A stretch of DNA of 64,000 nucleotides from the human T2T-CHM13v2.0 reference genome, Homo sapiens, in the NCBI RefSeq assembly GCF_009914755.1, contig NC_060928.1; one strand, given 5' to 3'. Of the stretch, positions 26,836 through 43,429 are shown in pieces. Within the stretch, counting starts at the first letter, position 1; every line of letters begins with the position of its first letter. Position numbers and translations under genes: made by a program. The notes beneath the pieces are model-generated. The model ran no database searches and was not told where the DNA came from. It saw only the letters and a list, made by a program, of their open reading frames with translations.

Positions 26836-29540
26836 TCACTCCTCAGCCTGGTGTTCAATGCCTTTGGCTTGGGACCCACCCTCCTTGGCCATGCACACCA
26901 AGCTGTCCTGCCCAAGGGCATCTCTTGCTGGGCCCACCTAAGCCCACGCATGCCCGCCCACCTCCCTCTTTCCATCTCTATTTATAGAGCCCCTGCCGGG
27001 TGCCAGGCAGTGCTCTAGGCACTCGGGGGCAATGGTGAGCAAACGGAGCCCTCCCTCTTTGGACTCATGTTCTAATGGGAGGCAGGCGAAGAAATCAACA
27101 GCTAAGCTTATGGCACCCAGCAGGGAGGAAGGAAGGGGGACGGGATGGGAGGGCTGCAGTGTCCCCTAGGGTGGCCAGGGAGGGTGTCTGAGAAGGTGGC
27201 ACATGTGTTGGGATCATGAACTCTGGGCGTGGCTGTGTAGCATCCAGGCAGAGGGAACAGCAAGTGTAAGGACCTGAGGCAGGAGTAGGCTCAGCATGTT
27301 CCAGGACCAGCAAGGCCAGCTTGAGGCCAGTGAGCAAAAAAACAGTGGAGGTGGGAGATGGGGCCCACGGGTGACACCGCCAGGCCACGCAAGGCCTTGG
27401 GGGCATTGGAAGGACTTTGGCTTTTACATTGAGAAGACAGAGCTCCTGGAGGGCTTTGTCCAAGGACTGATGAGCCCAGACATCACTGGCTGCTCCGGTG
27501 AGCCTGGAGGGCAGACAGGGGAGGAAGTGGGGAGACCATGGGAGGTGACCCGTTTCCGTAAACCTGAACCCCTGCAGATGCCATTCCATCTATCTGAGCC
27601 CCTCCCTGCAAGCTGTGTTCGGAGAACGCCTATATGTTCACGAAAGCTAAGCTCAAATGCCACGTGCCTGCTCCTTCCTGCACCCCAGGTAGAAACACCC
27701 TCGTTTGCCTCTCAATTCCCACTTTCTTTGAGCACTGTTTTTGAAAGCACCTGCTTTGTAGACCCCTACAGAAATTCTCACTTGTGAGCATCTCCTGCTC
27801 TGGTACCAGATGCTGAGCCCTTGCAAGAGAGCAGGGAGCTGGGCTGGTTTTGCCATCATGGAGCAGTGCACCTGGCCTTCTGCACAGGCCCCCAAGCCAC
27901 CCAGCAGGGCCTTCTGGGTAGCCTCACCCAGACCAACGGAATCAAAATCTGTGTTGGGGTGGGGGGCTTGAGCTTCTGCTTTTAAAATTCTTCCAGGGGT
28001 TTGGGTTAATTTGTCTCCCTGGGGCTTTGTGTTAATTTGTCTCGCTGGGAGTAGGGCCCAGCGAGATCGTCCTAAATTCAAATCCTGCAGCAGCCATAGT
28101 AGCTGTGGGATGTGGTCACTTAATCTCGCTGAGCCTCGGTCCCTCTTCTATAGCCCCAGGTGCCCAGCAGGCCGACAGAGGCTGTGGCCGCCTCTCCCAC
28201 CTCTTTGAATTGGGCTGAGAGACAGACGCGCACCTTCCGGAGAGGACCGTCAGGCTGAAGAAGACACAGCTAGTGTCTAACGGGAGGGTAGGTTCTAAGG
28301 AAGTGAAGATTTATGAGAGAAATGAGTGAGTGTGATCATGTGTCTCATACCACAGCGTGTGAGTCCGTGCAAACGCCATGTCTGTCCCCTCTCAGGAGAA
28401 CCCTCTCTCAGAGCTATGAAAATCCTTACCTTGCCTCATTCAGACTCTCAAAGTCTGAACTCTGTCACTTTAGAGCACAGGACTCAAATGTGACTGTGCT
28501 CAGGAATCAGATGGGGGTTGGGTTAACATGCACATTCCCATGGGCAGGTCCAGGGCAGGGCCCAAGATTGCATTTCTAGCTCATCCTTGGTGATGCTGGC
28601 ACCACTGGTCCACAGATGGCACTTTGAGCAGCAAGATTGCAGCCCCTAAGCCCTACTGACATAGAATCTGCAATGTAACACTATCTCCAAGAGATGCGTT
28701 TGCACACTAATGTTTGAGAATTACCAGTGCAGAGACTTGGAAGAATGCTTATTTTGGGGTTCAGCATGCCCTAGAGAGAGGCCAAGAATACGTTTGTCAT
28801 TCTGGTCTCCTTTCAATAACTGTGAGTGCCTCTTGGTTTATTGTTAGACATTGAGTTATTCAGATAATTCCTAGTCAGCTCCACAAAAGCCCTATGTGAG
28901 TGTGTGCAGTCATGTCTGGCCCCCAGTGGAGGAGTGGCAGAGGGTGTGTGGTGGCCCGGGAAAGGTGTGGGTTCTGCAGAGAGGGAAATTAACTTTGGTT
29001 AAGGCTGCTTACTGGGTGCCAGCTTTTGTGCTGATCACTGCGCCTGGATTAGTTACCGTATGTACTCCTCACAGCAGCCTTTGGAGGCAGATATTACTAC
29101 TGTGTTACAGATGGGGAAACCAAGGTTGGGAGGAGGAAAGGCACTTGCCCAAGGCAAGCTGGCTAGCAGAGGGTGAGACCGGGATTGAAGTCAGGCTTGT
29201 CTGTGTGTCAGATGGGGCAAAGCTAGCTGCGGCAACAAATCAACCCCAGATTGCAGGAGCTTGGCAAACAGAAGTTCATTTTTGTTCCCTAACAGTGCAA
29301 GCTGGTACTCCTGGTTGATGGGCCACCTTCCTCCACATGGTGACTCAGGGATCCAACCTGCATCCAGCCTGTGGTATCACTCTCCCCAGGGCCTCGGAGA
29401 GCCCACTCCTGGCTGGCAGTTGGAGGATGACTGTGTAGAGACGGTAGAGTCTTCTTTAAACCCATAGCGCAGAAGTGGGACTCATCATTTCCCAGGCTTC
29501 CCATTGGTGAGAAGCAGTCACATAGTCACACGCACGGTGA

Positions 29541-29681
<141 letters not shown>

Positions 29682-29721
29682 TAATTAATTATTTATGTAT
29701 TTATATTTTTTGTAGAGACGG

Positions 29722-30087
29722 TGATATGGTTAGGCTTTGTGTCCCCACCCAAATCTCATCTTGAACTGTAATCTCCATAATCGTCACATGTCGAGGGAGA
29801 GACCAGGGAGGTGATTGGATCATGGGGACCGTTTCCCCCATGCTGTTCTCGTCACGGTGAGTGAGTTCTTTGAGATCTGATGGTTCTATAGGGGGCTCTT
29901 CTCCCTTCGCTCAGTGCTTCTCCTTCCTGCTGCCTTGTGAAGAAGGTGCCTTGCTTCCCCTTCACCTTCCACCGTGATTGTAGGCCTCTCCGGCCATGCT
30001 GAACTGTGAGTCAATTAAACCTATTTCCTTTATAAATTACCCAGCCTTGGGCAATTCTTTACAGTAGTGTGAAAATGGACTAATACA
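29722..30087 (+). mobile_element. THE1D-like MaLR solo LTR inserted in the middle of an AluJ (-, ~29553-30200)
   Basis: TGATATGGTTAGGCTTTGTGTCCCCACCCAAATCTC...GGACTAATACA, 5-bp TSD gacgg/gacgt. The Alu text rejoins across it. Confidence 0.85.
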
Positions 30088-30589
30088 GACGTGGTCTCAT
30101 TGTGTTGCTCAGGGTAGTCTGAAACTCTTGGGCTCAAGCGATCCTCCCAGCTTGGCTTCCCAAAGCACTGGGATTACAGGTGTGAGCCACCGTACCTGGC
30201 TGGGGTTGTGATGTTGAAAAATCACACAGCCTTGGAGCGAGAAAGGCTCTGAGGTTCTGTTCATCCATCCGGCACCTGAAGGTGCTCTGCAAAGCTGGCA
30301 AGATGATCATCCAGCCCCTGCCAGACATGAGGCCACAGCCGGCCCAGTGACCTGGAGTCACCCTCTGGTAAGGCTGCTGCCCTGGGACCTGCGTTTCTGG
30401 GATGCTGCTGACCTCTGCCCTCCAGGCTGACCCGAGGCTGACCGGGAAGCCCAGTGGTTCGAGAAACAAGGAAAGGTGGGAGTGCGGGCCCTCCCAGTCA
30501 CCTCTCACCCTCCTCAGGTCACAGTGATTATCTGATTCATTCATTGATCAATCAATAGATACCCTGGACTGGTTGCTAGGGACAGTAGG

Positions 30590-31400
30590 TGTACTAGTTG
30601 AATGGCCCCCTAAATCCATGCCCACTTAGAGCCTCAGAATATGACCTCATTTGGAAATAGGGTCTTGGAAGAGGTAAGCAAGGGAAGATGAGTTCATTAT
30701 GTGACCGGCGGCAATACCCTGACATTCCTAGTGGGTTGGGGAAGCCTTCTCCTGCCCTGCTCATGTCTGTCTCACCACCTGTAGCAGCTAGGAGGGGCCC
30801 TACTCTGAGGACTGGTGCCCTTTTAAGAAGAGGAGGCGGGCACAGTAGCTCACGCCTATAATCCCAGCACTTTCAGAGGCTAAGGCAGGCTGAGGTCGGG
30901 AGTTCAAGACCAGCCTGGCCAACATGGTGAAAACCCATCTCTACTAAAAATAGAAAAACTAGCCAGGCGTGGTGGCGGATGCCTGTAATCCCAGCTACTC
31001 AGGAGGCTGAGGCAGGAGAATTGCTTGAACCCAGGAGGCGGAGGTCGCAGTGAGCCAAGATTGCGGCACTGCACTCCAGCCTGAGAGACAGAGCGAGATT
31101 CTGTCTCAGAAAAAAAAAAAATAAAAACAGAAGAGGAAACTGGATACAGACACAGAGAAGCTAATGCCATATAAACAGAGACAAGGAAGACTGTGGAACA
31201 ACGGAGACGCGATGGGAGCGATGCTGCCACAAAGACCGCCAGCAACCAGCGAAGCCAGGAGAGAAGCAAGGACCCAGGAAGGAGCCAACCCCGCCCACAC
31301 CTGGGTTGCAGACTCCTGACCCTAGGACTGTTTGGGAGAGTGCATTTCTGTTGGCCGAAGCCACTCATTGTGGCGCTTTGTTACGGCAGCCAGGGCACCA
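30590..31400 (+). mobile_element. MLT1-type MaLR LTR interrupted by an AluS (30835-31125)
   Basis: cctcagaatatgacctcatttggaaatagggtctt, then gcatttctgttggccgaagccactcattgtggcgctttgttacggcagcc, with a full Alu between. Confidence 0.75.
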
Positions 31401-32314
31401 CCAGCGAGGGGCAGAAACCAGCGGGTGAGTCATGTGCAGGCCAGGAACGGAGAAAGAGGAAGAGGCAATTCACAGGCAAAGACACGAACAAAACACAAAC
31501 AAGGGAGACCAAGAGCGCCTGCATTGAGCAGGGGTGGGAGGGTGCGGTGGAGGGCAGCAGGAGAGGACGCTGTGTGAGGGTGGGGAAGGAGGGCTGAGAG
31601 TGGGCGCCTTCGTGAAGCAGGGACTCTGGGCAGAGAGAATAGCATGGACGAAGGCTCTGGGCTGGGAAAGAGCTTGGTGTGTTCAGGGGACAGGAAGGAG
31701 GCCGGTGTGGCTGAGTGGGTGGGAGGGGCAGAGAGGGGCCTGAGCTCAGCGGGGAGGGTCACTCTCGGAGGCCACAGGAAGGAGTGGGCATTTTCTTCTA
31801 AGTGCATCAGGAAGTCTTTGGAGGGTTTTAAGCAAGAGAGTGACATGATGGGATTGATGTCATTTGGACTGCTGTGTGGAGGATGTGAAAGCATTCATTC
31901 ATTCATTCATTCATTCCTTCATTTCAACAAGTAATAATACAAACAACCTCAGGACCGTGACCAGGCCTGTGGACAAAAGAAATGGCAGAGAGATCACAGC
32001 CTTGGGGAGTCAGGGCTGTCAGAGAATTCCCCTCTAAGATGACCTGGAGCAGGGGCCTGGAACAGCCATAGGAGGGCTGGGGAAGGGTGCTCCAGGGTGC
32101 GCAGTGAGCACAAAGGCCAGCTGGTGGCTCACACCCCTGCAAGCCATCTCTCCTCCAGGCTGGAGTCGGTGCTTCCCACAGTTACTTCTCACGACTTTCT
32201 CATTTTGTGAGAAATTCCTGATAATGATGCTCTCAGCTTTCTGACAAAGAGCTCAATTGTTCCTCAGGCGGTACCAATCTTAATCGTTATAGTCAAGAAG
32301 TTTTATAAGCACTT

Positions 32315-32760
32315 TTTTATTTATTTTTTTTTAATTTTTTGAGACAGAGTCTTGCTTTCTCACCCAGTCTGGAGTGCAGTGGTAAAAGCTCACTGCAGTC
32401 TCCTCCTCCCAGGTTCAAGCAATTCTCATGCCTCAGCCTCTCGAGTAGCTGGGACTACAAGCGTGTGCCACTATGCCCGGCTGATTTTTGTAATTTTAGT
32501 AGAGATGGGTATCACCATGTTGGCCAGGCTGGTCTCGAACTCCCGACCTCAAGTGATTCTCCCGCCTTGGCCTCCCAAAGTGCTGGGACTACAGGTGCGC
32601 ATCACCATGCCTAGTTAATTTTTGTATTTTTAGTAGAGATGTGGAGGGAGGGGTTTCACCATGTTGGCCAGGCTGGTCTCGAACTCCTGACCTCAAGTGA
32701 TCTGCCCTCCTTGGCCTCCCAAAGTGCTGGGATTACAGGTGTGAGCCATCAAGCCTGGCC
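32315..32760 (-). mobile_element. Alu with duplicated left monomer (trimeric)
   Basis: Right arm plus two left arms inside one TSD ttataagcacttt. Confidence 0.85.
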
Positions 32761-33212
32761 TTATAAGCACTTTATAATTTGCAAAGCCCTTCTGCAATTC
32801 AGTTCAATAGCCCTTCCCTGGCCCAGAGGTGTGGGGAGAAGGCAGATGTGCACACAGATCTTATCTCACCTTCAGGAAGGTCTGACTCCATCTGGTCATA
32901 CAAGATAACCGCTGTGCAAGTTCCAAAGCAAGGCCAACATAGAGACACATGCCCAGGTGCACTGATGTGAAACATTCACCCGTCATTCAACTCCCAGAGG
33001 GGCCTCAGAGGCAGCAGTCTAAAATGTGGCAGGTTGATAACAAGCTGGTACCAGGTCAGGGTGTGTCTGCAGGCACAGAGCTCCCCGCCAGGAGGGAGAA
33101 GACAACATTTGGTCCTTGGCTCTGTGGCCTTGAACAAGCGTCTTAACCTTTCTGAGCCTCAGCTGCAAAAGATCGATTCTATTTGATTCTCACAGGAGGC
33201 TCTGAGCCATCA

Positions 33213-33860
<648 letters not shown>

Positions 33861-34741
33861 CTATCAACTACCACCTGACCCCGGACAAGGCAGTATGGTT
33901 TCCTGAACCATAAAATAGGGGGAGTGATAGAACCCACCTGATAGCTATTCTTTCTTTAAGACTGAGCTCCAGTGTCACCCTTTCCCCAGCCCCTCGCAGT
34001 CCATCTCCGGACCTCACCGTCCATGCTCTGCACTTGCCACCCTGAGCCTCATTCCGAAAATACCTGCCCGTGCTGCCCTCAAAGCTCAGCATGTCTTGGG
34101 CCCCCAGTGTCTCTCCAGGCAGGTTCTCTGCACAGATGTCAGGCCAGACTGTCCCTCTTTGCTCAGGGAAAAAGAAGATGAGCTCTCAAGGTGCCAGCCT
34201 GTAGTCCCTGCACTGGGGCAGGACAAAGGTAAGTAGAATCAAGAATCGCCACCAGGACTACACTTTCCCCAGGAAAAACTTGAAACGAGTTCACGTAGCA
34301 TTTTGGATCCCACCAGAACAGCAGCCCTAGAGAAAGTGCCAAGAGAATTCCTATACCCAAGTTTCTTCTCTTTCTCTTACCAGAAGCTCTTTGGCATTTC
34401 ACAAAGCAAGTTGCAACCAGAGTCTGGCAGCTTCCATTGTATCGAACAATTAAGGAAAACAATGATCTGTGATCACGGCAAGCTTCTGGGTAATTTATAT
34501 TTCTAAAGATTGTCAAAAACAATATCTCCTTCGCTAAAACTGTTCAAATTGCTCCCACAAACATCAAAAGTGCTCCCCACCCTGCCCCCCACTTTCTCTG
34601 CCCGTCTCTATGGCAACGTGGAGCTGTGCTATTCTGATCACTGCTACCAAGCCAAGCAGGTGTCCGGAAAGTTTTGGGGAGGATTTTGAGTTGGGTAATT
34701 TTTGGCTCTTCTTGACATTTCCTAAGTGCCGTGATGCCTAA

Positions 34742-35517
<776 letters not shown>

Positions 35518-36109
35518 AAGTGAGGAGATGTTGCAAATGCCCCCCCACCCCAAACCACACCTCGGGGGTGTTTGTCTAAGAAAACATCTTTTGTGACCTG
35601 TGTGTTATCTTCTTTACAGCCACCTGAAACGCAGAAGGGAGCTTGCTGGGTTTCAGACATGGGTAAGTGTGGGGTGGCATTGCAGCAGAGATTGGAGGCC
35701 GTCGGACCAAAGAGGTGACCCAGAGTGGCCATGGGCACAGGACTCAACCTCTCAGAGCCTCTGGTTCCTGGTCTATAGCCTGAGGACGATCCTACCTCCC
35801 AGGTTGTCAGGTGGATTTAATGGGCCACCAGGTGTAATCAGTATTCAGGAAGGGATGGTAATGGTCTGTGGTGTGGTTATGGAGGAAGCTGATGTCCACC
35901 AATTCCACGTCCACGCAGGTTAGCTCCCAGGTCTTCCCAATAACCCTTTGGGGCAAAGGATTTACTGAGTTGACGTCCAGGGAGGTCCAATGAGTTGCTC
36001 CAGGTCTAACGACATTGCCTAAGCGTGTCATAGCCCCTCCCCATGCTCAGTTCCCTGATTTAAAGTCAGTGCCTCTTGGAAGCAATCACCGTGTCCTTCG
36101 GGAGGTGAG

Positions 36110-36935
36110 TAGATACATAAGTGGATACGTAAGCTGTGGTCCATCCAGACAATGGACTATTACTCAGCAATAAAGAGAAATGAGTTATCAAGCCATGGAA
36201 AGCCACGGAGGAAACTGAGCCGCATATCACGGAGTGAAGGGAGCCAAGCTGAAAAGTCTACGCACTGCACCGTTCCAACTCTGTGACATTCTGGACAGGG
36301 CACAACCATGGAGATTGGGAAAAGATCAGTTGTTGCCAGGAGGCAGCGGGAGGGAGGGATGAAGCAGTGGAGTGTCAAGAGCCTTAGGACAGTGACGCTG
36401 CTCTGTATGATGCTGCAGTGGTGGTCCACGTCATTCTACATTTTTCCAAACCCACAGAATGCACAATGCCCAGGGTGGACCCCGATGTAAATGCTGCGCT
36501 CTAGGAGATAGCAATGTGTCAATGCAGGTTATCCTTTGGAACAGGTGTGGGGAGGCTTTGCATGGGGAGGTGTGGGATCTACGGGAACTGTCTGCACTTT
36601 CCACTCAGCTTTGCTGGGAATCCCAAACTGCCCTTAGAAATAAGGTCTATTAAAAAGGGGTAGGGGGCGGCTGGGTGTGGGGGCTCACATCTGTACTCCT
36701 GGCACTTTTGGGGGGCAGAGAGAGATGGGAGGATCACTTGAGCTCAGGAGTTCAAGACCAGCTTGGGCAACATGGCAAAACCCCTTCTCTACAGAAAATA
36801 CAAAAAGTAGCTAGATGTGGTGGTGTGTGCCTGTAGTCCCAGCTACTTTGGAGGCTGAGGTAGGAGGATCACCTGAGCCTGGGAAGATCACACCACTACA
36901 TTCCAACGGAGTGAGACCCTATCTCAAAAAAAACC
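36110..36935 (+). mobile_element. Old L1M 3' fragment (36110-36655) followed by a degraded AluJ (36668-36935)
   Basis: gtggatacgtaagctgtggtccatccagacaatggactattactcagcaataaa, then Alu text. Confidence 0.75.
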
Positions 36936-38929
36936 TGGGGGGAGTAGGGGGCAGAATAAAGCCAGCACCTCCTCCAGGGAGCCGTCCCTGACCACCATCA
37001 CCTGCTGCAATTTCTCCCCCTGCCAGGAATCCGCAGGCTGTCATCACTTCTCCTCTGGTCAGCCCCTCCCCAGAATAACAGTGGCTGGGGTTTCCAGCTT
37101 CCGGACCTAACAAGCCCCTCCAGGGCAGGTACGGGGCTGTGTGCCTTAGACCCTTCCACCTCACACCAGGGCACCCAGTGAGACCTGTGAGGGAGCGGGT
37201 AGCAGGTGTTGAACGATTGCCCCTTCCTGCCAGTGACTGACATTTGTAAGAGAGACTCAGCACGAAATGACAGCTGCACGGTGTGGGCACATTGATGTAC
37301 TTAGCAAATGAGGCCCCTGCTGCTGCCGTGTCCTGTGTCCAGTCCTGGTGACACAGCCCTGGGACCTGAGACCTGTGCCCAGGCCCCATGCTGGCTGCTG
37401 TCATGGTCTCCCTGCATCCAGGGCAGGCTGGGCCCATTTCGAAGGTGAGGGCTGGGGGAGGTGGGGGATCTCAGCTGGCACTGCTCAGTGACGTAGGGGC
37501 ATGACTGGGACACAGGCAGGCCTGGGAACAGCGTCTCTCCCCACATGGGCATTTTCCTTCTTCTGCCTCAAAGTTGCTTTTGCATCCTGGCTTTTTTTTT
37601 TTTTTAATTCCCCAAATGAAACTTCCCAGTGCACTTGGTGACTCGTCTGTGGGCTGTGAAGTGGCGTTCGCTCTCTGCCTTCAGAGATGAGCACATCACC
37701 ACTCAGACCCATGGGAGGGCTCAGAACTACCCGGCGACAATGCAGTGTGTGTGTGTGGCAGGTGGGTGTGTGCACGGGGGTGTGTGTGGAGGTGCTGGCA
37801 GGCGTAGGCCTCTGATGTGGCACCAGCCCTGGTGACACAGAGCCGTGTGACCAGCACCGAGCCCCCCACGACACCCCCACCAGCCACAACTCCAGCCACT
37901 TGGGCTGTGATTCCAAGGAGACTGTAGAGTGGGCAGGGAACTCAGGTTTATAAAGGGAACACTGGGAAGGAGGGAGGAGTGGTGGGCCCAGGGTGGGATA
38001 TGAGCAGGGAAGTGGGAGAGGACGAAGGAGGGGGGTGGGAGCCCAGAGGCTCTACGGCCCAGCAGCTGCAGGGTGTGTGATCCTGGGAAGCTTCCATACC
38101 CTCAGACCCTCGGACAGTGAGGGAGGCTGCCCCGTGTGTCACATTGTGTTAGGAAGATCTGTCGGGGTATAGCAGCAAAGAGAGCTTCCTACCTTAGATG
38201 TGGTCAAGGCCTGGTGGGATGGCCTCAGGAAAGAGGCAGTGGATGGGGCACATGGCCTGAGTGAGCTCCAGACCTTGCTAAATTGCAAAGGCACCCATGC
38301 GGTTCCTCTGCTGCACCCCTATCCAGGACTCCCCATAGAATGCAGACTTCTGGTCCAGCTGGCCTGGGCAGGACAAGCTCTCCAGGTGGCGCTATGTGCA
38401 TAGCCTGAGCTAAGCACCTCCAGCTTGCAGCATGGCTTCTCTAGCTTGCTTTATTTATTTATTTAGAAACAGGGTCTCACTATGTCATCCAGGGTGGTCT
38501 TGAACTCCTGGGCTCAAGCAATCCTCCTGCCCAAGCCTCCCGAGTACCTGGGACTACAGGCATATGCCACCACTGGCTCCAACCTTAATGTGCATGCAAA
38601 TCCCAAGGGCATCTTATTAAAATGCAAATTCTGACTGAGGAGGTCCATGGTTGGCGCGGGATTCTGCATTCGTAACAGGCGTCCAGGTGACTGAGGAATG
38701 CTGGATGCTGATGTTGCTGGTCTGGTGGACCCATCACACTATGAACCACACTGCTTTATACTCATGGGTCTCAAATGTTCCTATGTCTCACAAACCCCCC
38801 AGGAACCTGTTAAAATGCAGATTCCTGGGCCTGGCTCCCAGGGATGCTGACAAGGCTAGTCCTAGGGTTTCGCTGTGCTAGAAGTCCAATGTGTGGCCGA
38901 CATGCCCAAACATGTTCTGTTCTTTTCTA

Positions 38930-40502
<1,573 letters not shown>

Positions 40503-41332
40503 TAGGTTTTAAATAGGTGTAGGGAAGGAAGTGGGCCAAGAACTTGAATGCAGAGTCTGAAAATCATGGGCAGACATCAAAGGACTGAATTGTGGGGGGT
40601 ATATTTGGATGTCAGGTTAAAGAGTTTGGACACTGTCCTATGGGCAAGAAAGAGCTTATATGAAGTCCTTGCATAGGTGATTCATCCATCCATCCATCCA
40701 TTCATTCATTCAATACTCAGCAGCAACATGCAGAGCTCAGCTCTTGGGGGAATGAGGACAGGTGTCCTAGAAAAGATAGCATTGAACAGCTGGCTCTTTC
40801 TCCCACCAGAGTTGTGTTTTAATAAGTTCTAGTATTTCTAGCAGTTACTGCTTTAAGTGTGTGGCTACTAGATTTTCTGGCTCATTCAGATTCATGACAA
40901 TGAAATCTTTGTGGATTGTGCCTGGCACCCTTACATAATACCACTCTTCCCGTGAATGCTTTCCATCATGCGTTCTTCCTTATCAATAGTAATTTGCCAT
41001 TTTTCAAATGTCTGCTGTGATCTTCTACTTCTCAATATTTTTGGTGTGTTTCTTGTAAATAGCGCTTAACTGGACTTTAGTTTTTGCCCCAATCTTACAG
41101 ACTTTGGATGGGAAATTCAGCCCATTCACCGTGTTACGAAGGCGGGTAGCCATGGCTTTATTTATTTTATCTCATCTTATGTTTACTATTATTAAGCTTA
41201 TTGTTCTTGCTATTATTTACTTTCCCCCTTAATTTTGCTTCCTTACTCTCCCTCCACCCCTCCCCCAACTTCTACCTAGTAATTCAGGAGTTCTACTCTG
41301 CTTCTTTCCCGTGAGTTGCTACTTTCCAATTC

Positions 41333-41530
41333 CTGAGAGTCATAATTCAACCAATCTTTCCCTGATAATGTATTAAAAGTAAATGGTAATGAAGCCCCCT
41401 CCCCACCACCAATAAGGCTTTCCTTCCCCAGCTGAGAGTCATAATTAAACCAATCTTTCCCTGCTAATGTATTAAAAGTAAATGGTAATGAAGCACCCCT
41501 CCCAACCACCAATAAGGCTTTCCTTCCCCA
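41333..41530. repeat. 99-bp tandem duplication, 2 copies
   Basis: ctgagagtcataatt(c/a)aaccaatctttccctg...aataaggctttccttcccca starts at 41333 and 41432, with only a few mismatches. Confidence 0.95.
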
Positions 41531-43429
41531 CTCACCAAATCAGATCCTTTTACTTCCTCCTTCTCCCCTCAACCAAATGTGATCTTAAAATATTCTGACT
41601 TCTCTGTGATAAGATTCTATTTTTTTTTTTAGTTCCAGGCTAATACAACTTTCTCTTGAAGCATGTAGCTTATGTTTTAAGAATCCTTATGTGGCACTGC
41701 TAGTACAAAATCACAGGCACATGTGGATTATCCATACTGTATATTTTGCAAGGGTCATTGCTTAACACCACTTCCTGTTCTGAGCGTTTGCTCTATCTTG
41801 AAATCTCTACTGTGATTGAACTGTCTCGGTGACGGGGGAACTCTGAATATCTTCCTCTGAAAGGGGACATCACTGAGGTCCTTTCTCTGTCTTGCCACAG
41901 TGGATATTTTCTCTCTTTTGTCCACATAGATGAATCCTGTAGTAGCCATGGTAAGGATCCTTGATCCTATCATCAGAGTCCCTGGACATTGCTCCAAAGT
42001 CCCCTAGGAACCACTTCAACTTTTCTCCCCTTAGATGTGACCTGTTCTTTCTGGAACTCTGCAAGACCGTCTCTTTATCCTTGGCATCTGGGATTTCCAG
42101 GGACACGTTCTCCTGGCACTTTGCTCACCTCTGTTTCCCCTCCAGCTCTTCCTGGAGTACCTGTCCTTTGTGCAATACACCTCCTGGAACTGTCTTTCCA
42201 GTCTCTGCTTTTTGTCCTGATGATTTTCATGTGCTTTTCCTCTACATCATGAAGCATTTACTCCACATTATCTTCCAGTTTGCTCATTTGTCCTCACCTC
42301 CACTCTTCTCTTTCTGAATTTGCCTGTTGCTTTTTCAGTCTCTTAGCTCCATGGAGTATGTTCAGTGTTGCTGTGTTCTGATAGAGGCTCCTTAAGCCAT
42401 CTTGTAGATTTTTTGTTGCACTTCCTCTCTTCCCTTAGACCTCCACAGGAGGAACTTTTCAATCTGTCCTCTTCTCTCTGCTTAATGAGCCCCTGCAAAG
42501 GGTTTGGGAAGTGCTTCAGCCTCTCTGTGATTGTGTGTTCACATTAATATTTATTATTTTCTTAAATGTGCATAAATCTCACAATGTGAACAGTGATCAT
42601 CTTTGAGTGATTTTTTTTCTCCTTTCTACTTTTAGTAATTCTCCAAATTTTCTACAGTTAGTGTGTGATAAGGTGGAAAGACATCTTCAAGACTTTGGGC
42701 AAATAACTATGTCTGAGCCTCAATTTTCACATCAATAAAAAATGGGCTCAGTGCCACCTCCCTCCTTGGGTCACTAGGGGGGCCCTTGAAAGCTGTGAAA
42801 GCCCCTAAGCCAACCTGGACAGAGCAGGCGAGGCTGACGGCAGGTGTTCTTCCTTCCTCTGTGAGCCTCACAGGGTCACACGTGAACATTGGGGATCGGG
42901 GGTGGGCAGTGGGGGCAGCTGGAGAATCAAATGAGGTGACTGACATGAACTACGCCGCTTTGACAAAAGTCCTCCGAAGTAGTGTGTTCAGAACTCATCT
43001 CCAAAGCCATCTGGAATATTTGCTCCCAACATGTTGGTAAGCATTATCTCTGACAGTCACTCCGAGCCCCAGTTTCTGCTGTGATAACTAGGACAGGTAG
43101 CTCAGGTTGGTTGTGGGGACCAGAGACAGAGCAGGCAGGGTCTCACGTTCCCCAGGGCCTCTCAAGGATAGACCCTCGCCCTCATCTCCAAACCACGCCT
43201 CCCAGACAGGAACCAAACTCCCAGAGTCTCCAAACTGCCTGAGCCTTGCCCACTCCCTGGGCTAACACACACTTTAAAGGAATCCCACAGTCACCGTGTG
43301 AAAAGCTTGCTACACTGCATTTGATTCTGGGCACTGATAGCAGTACTTGGCTGCAGACACTCGTTCCAAACAGGCCCCATTTTTCCATCTCTGCTGCTGT
43401 TATTAGGGGAGCCCTTAGACTCTCTTGCA

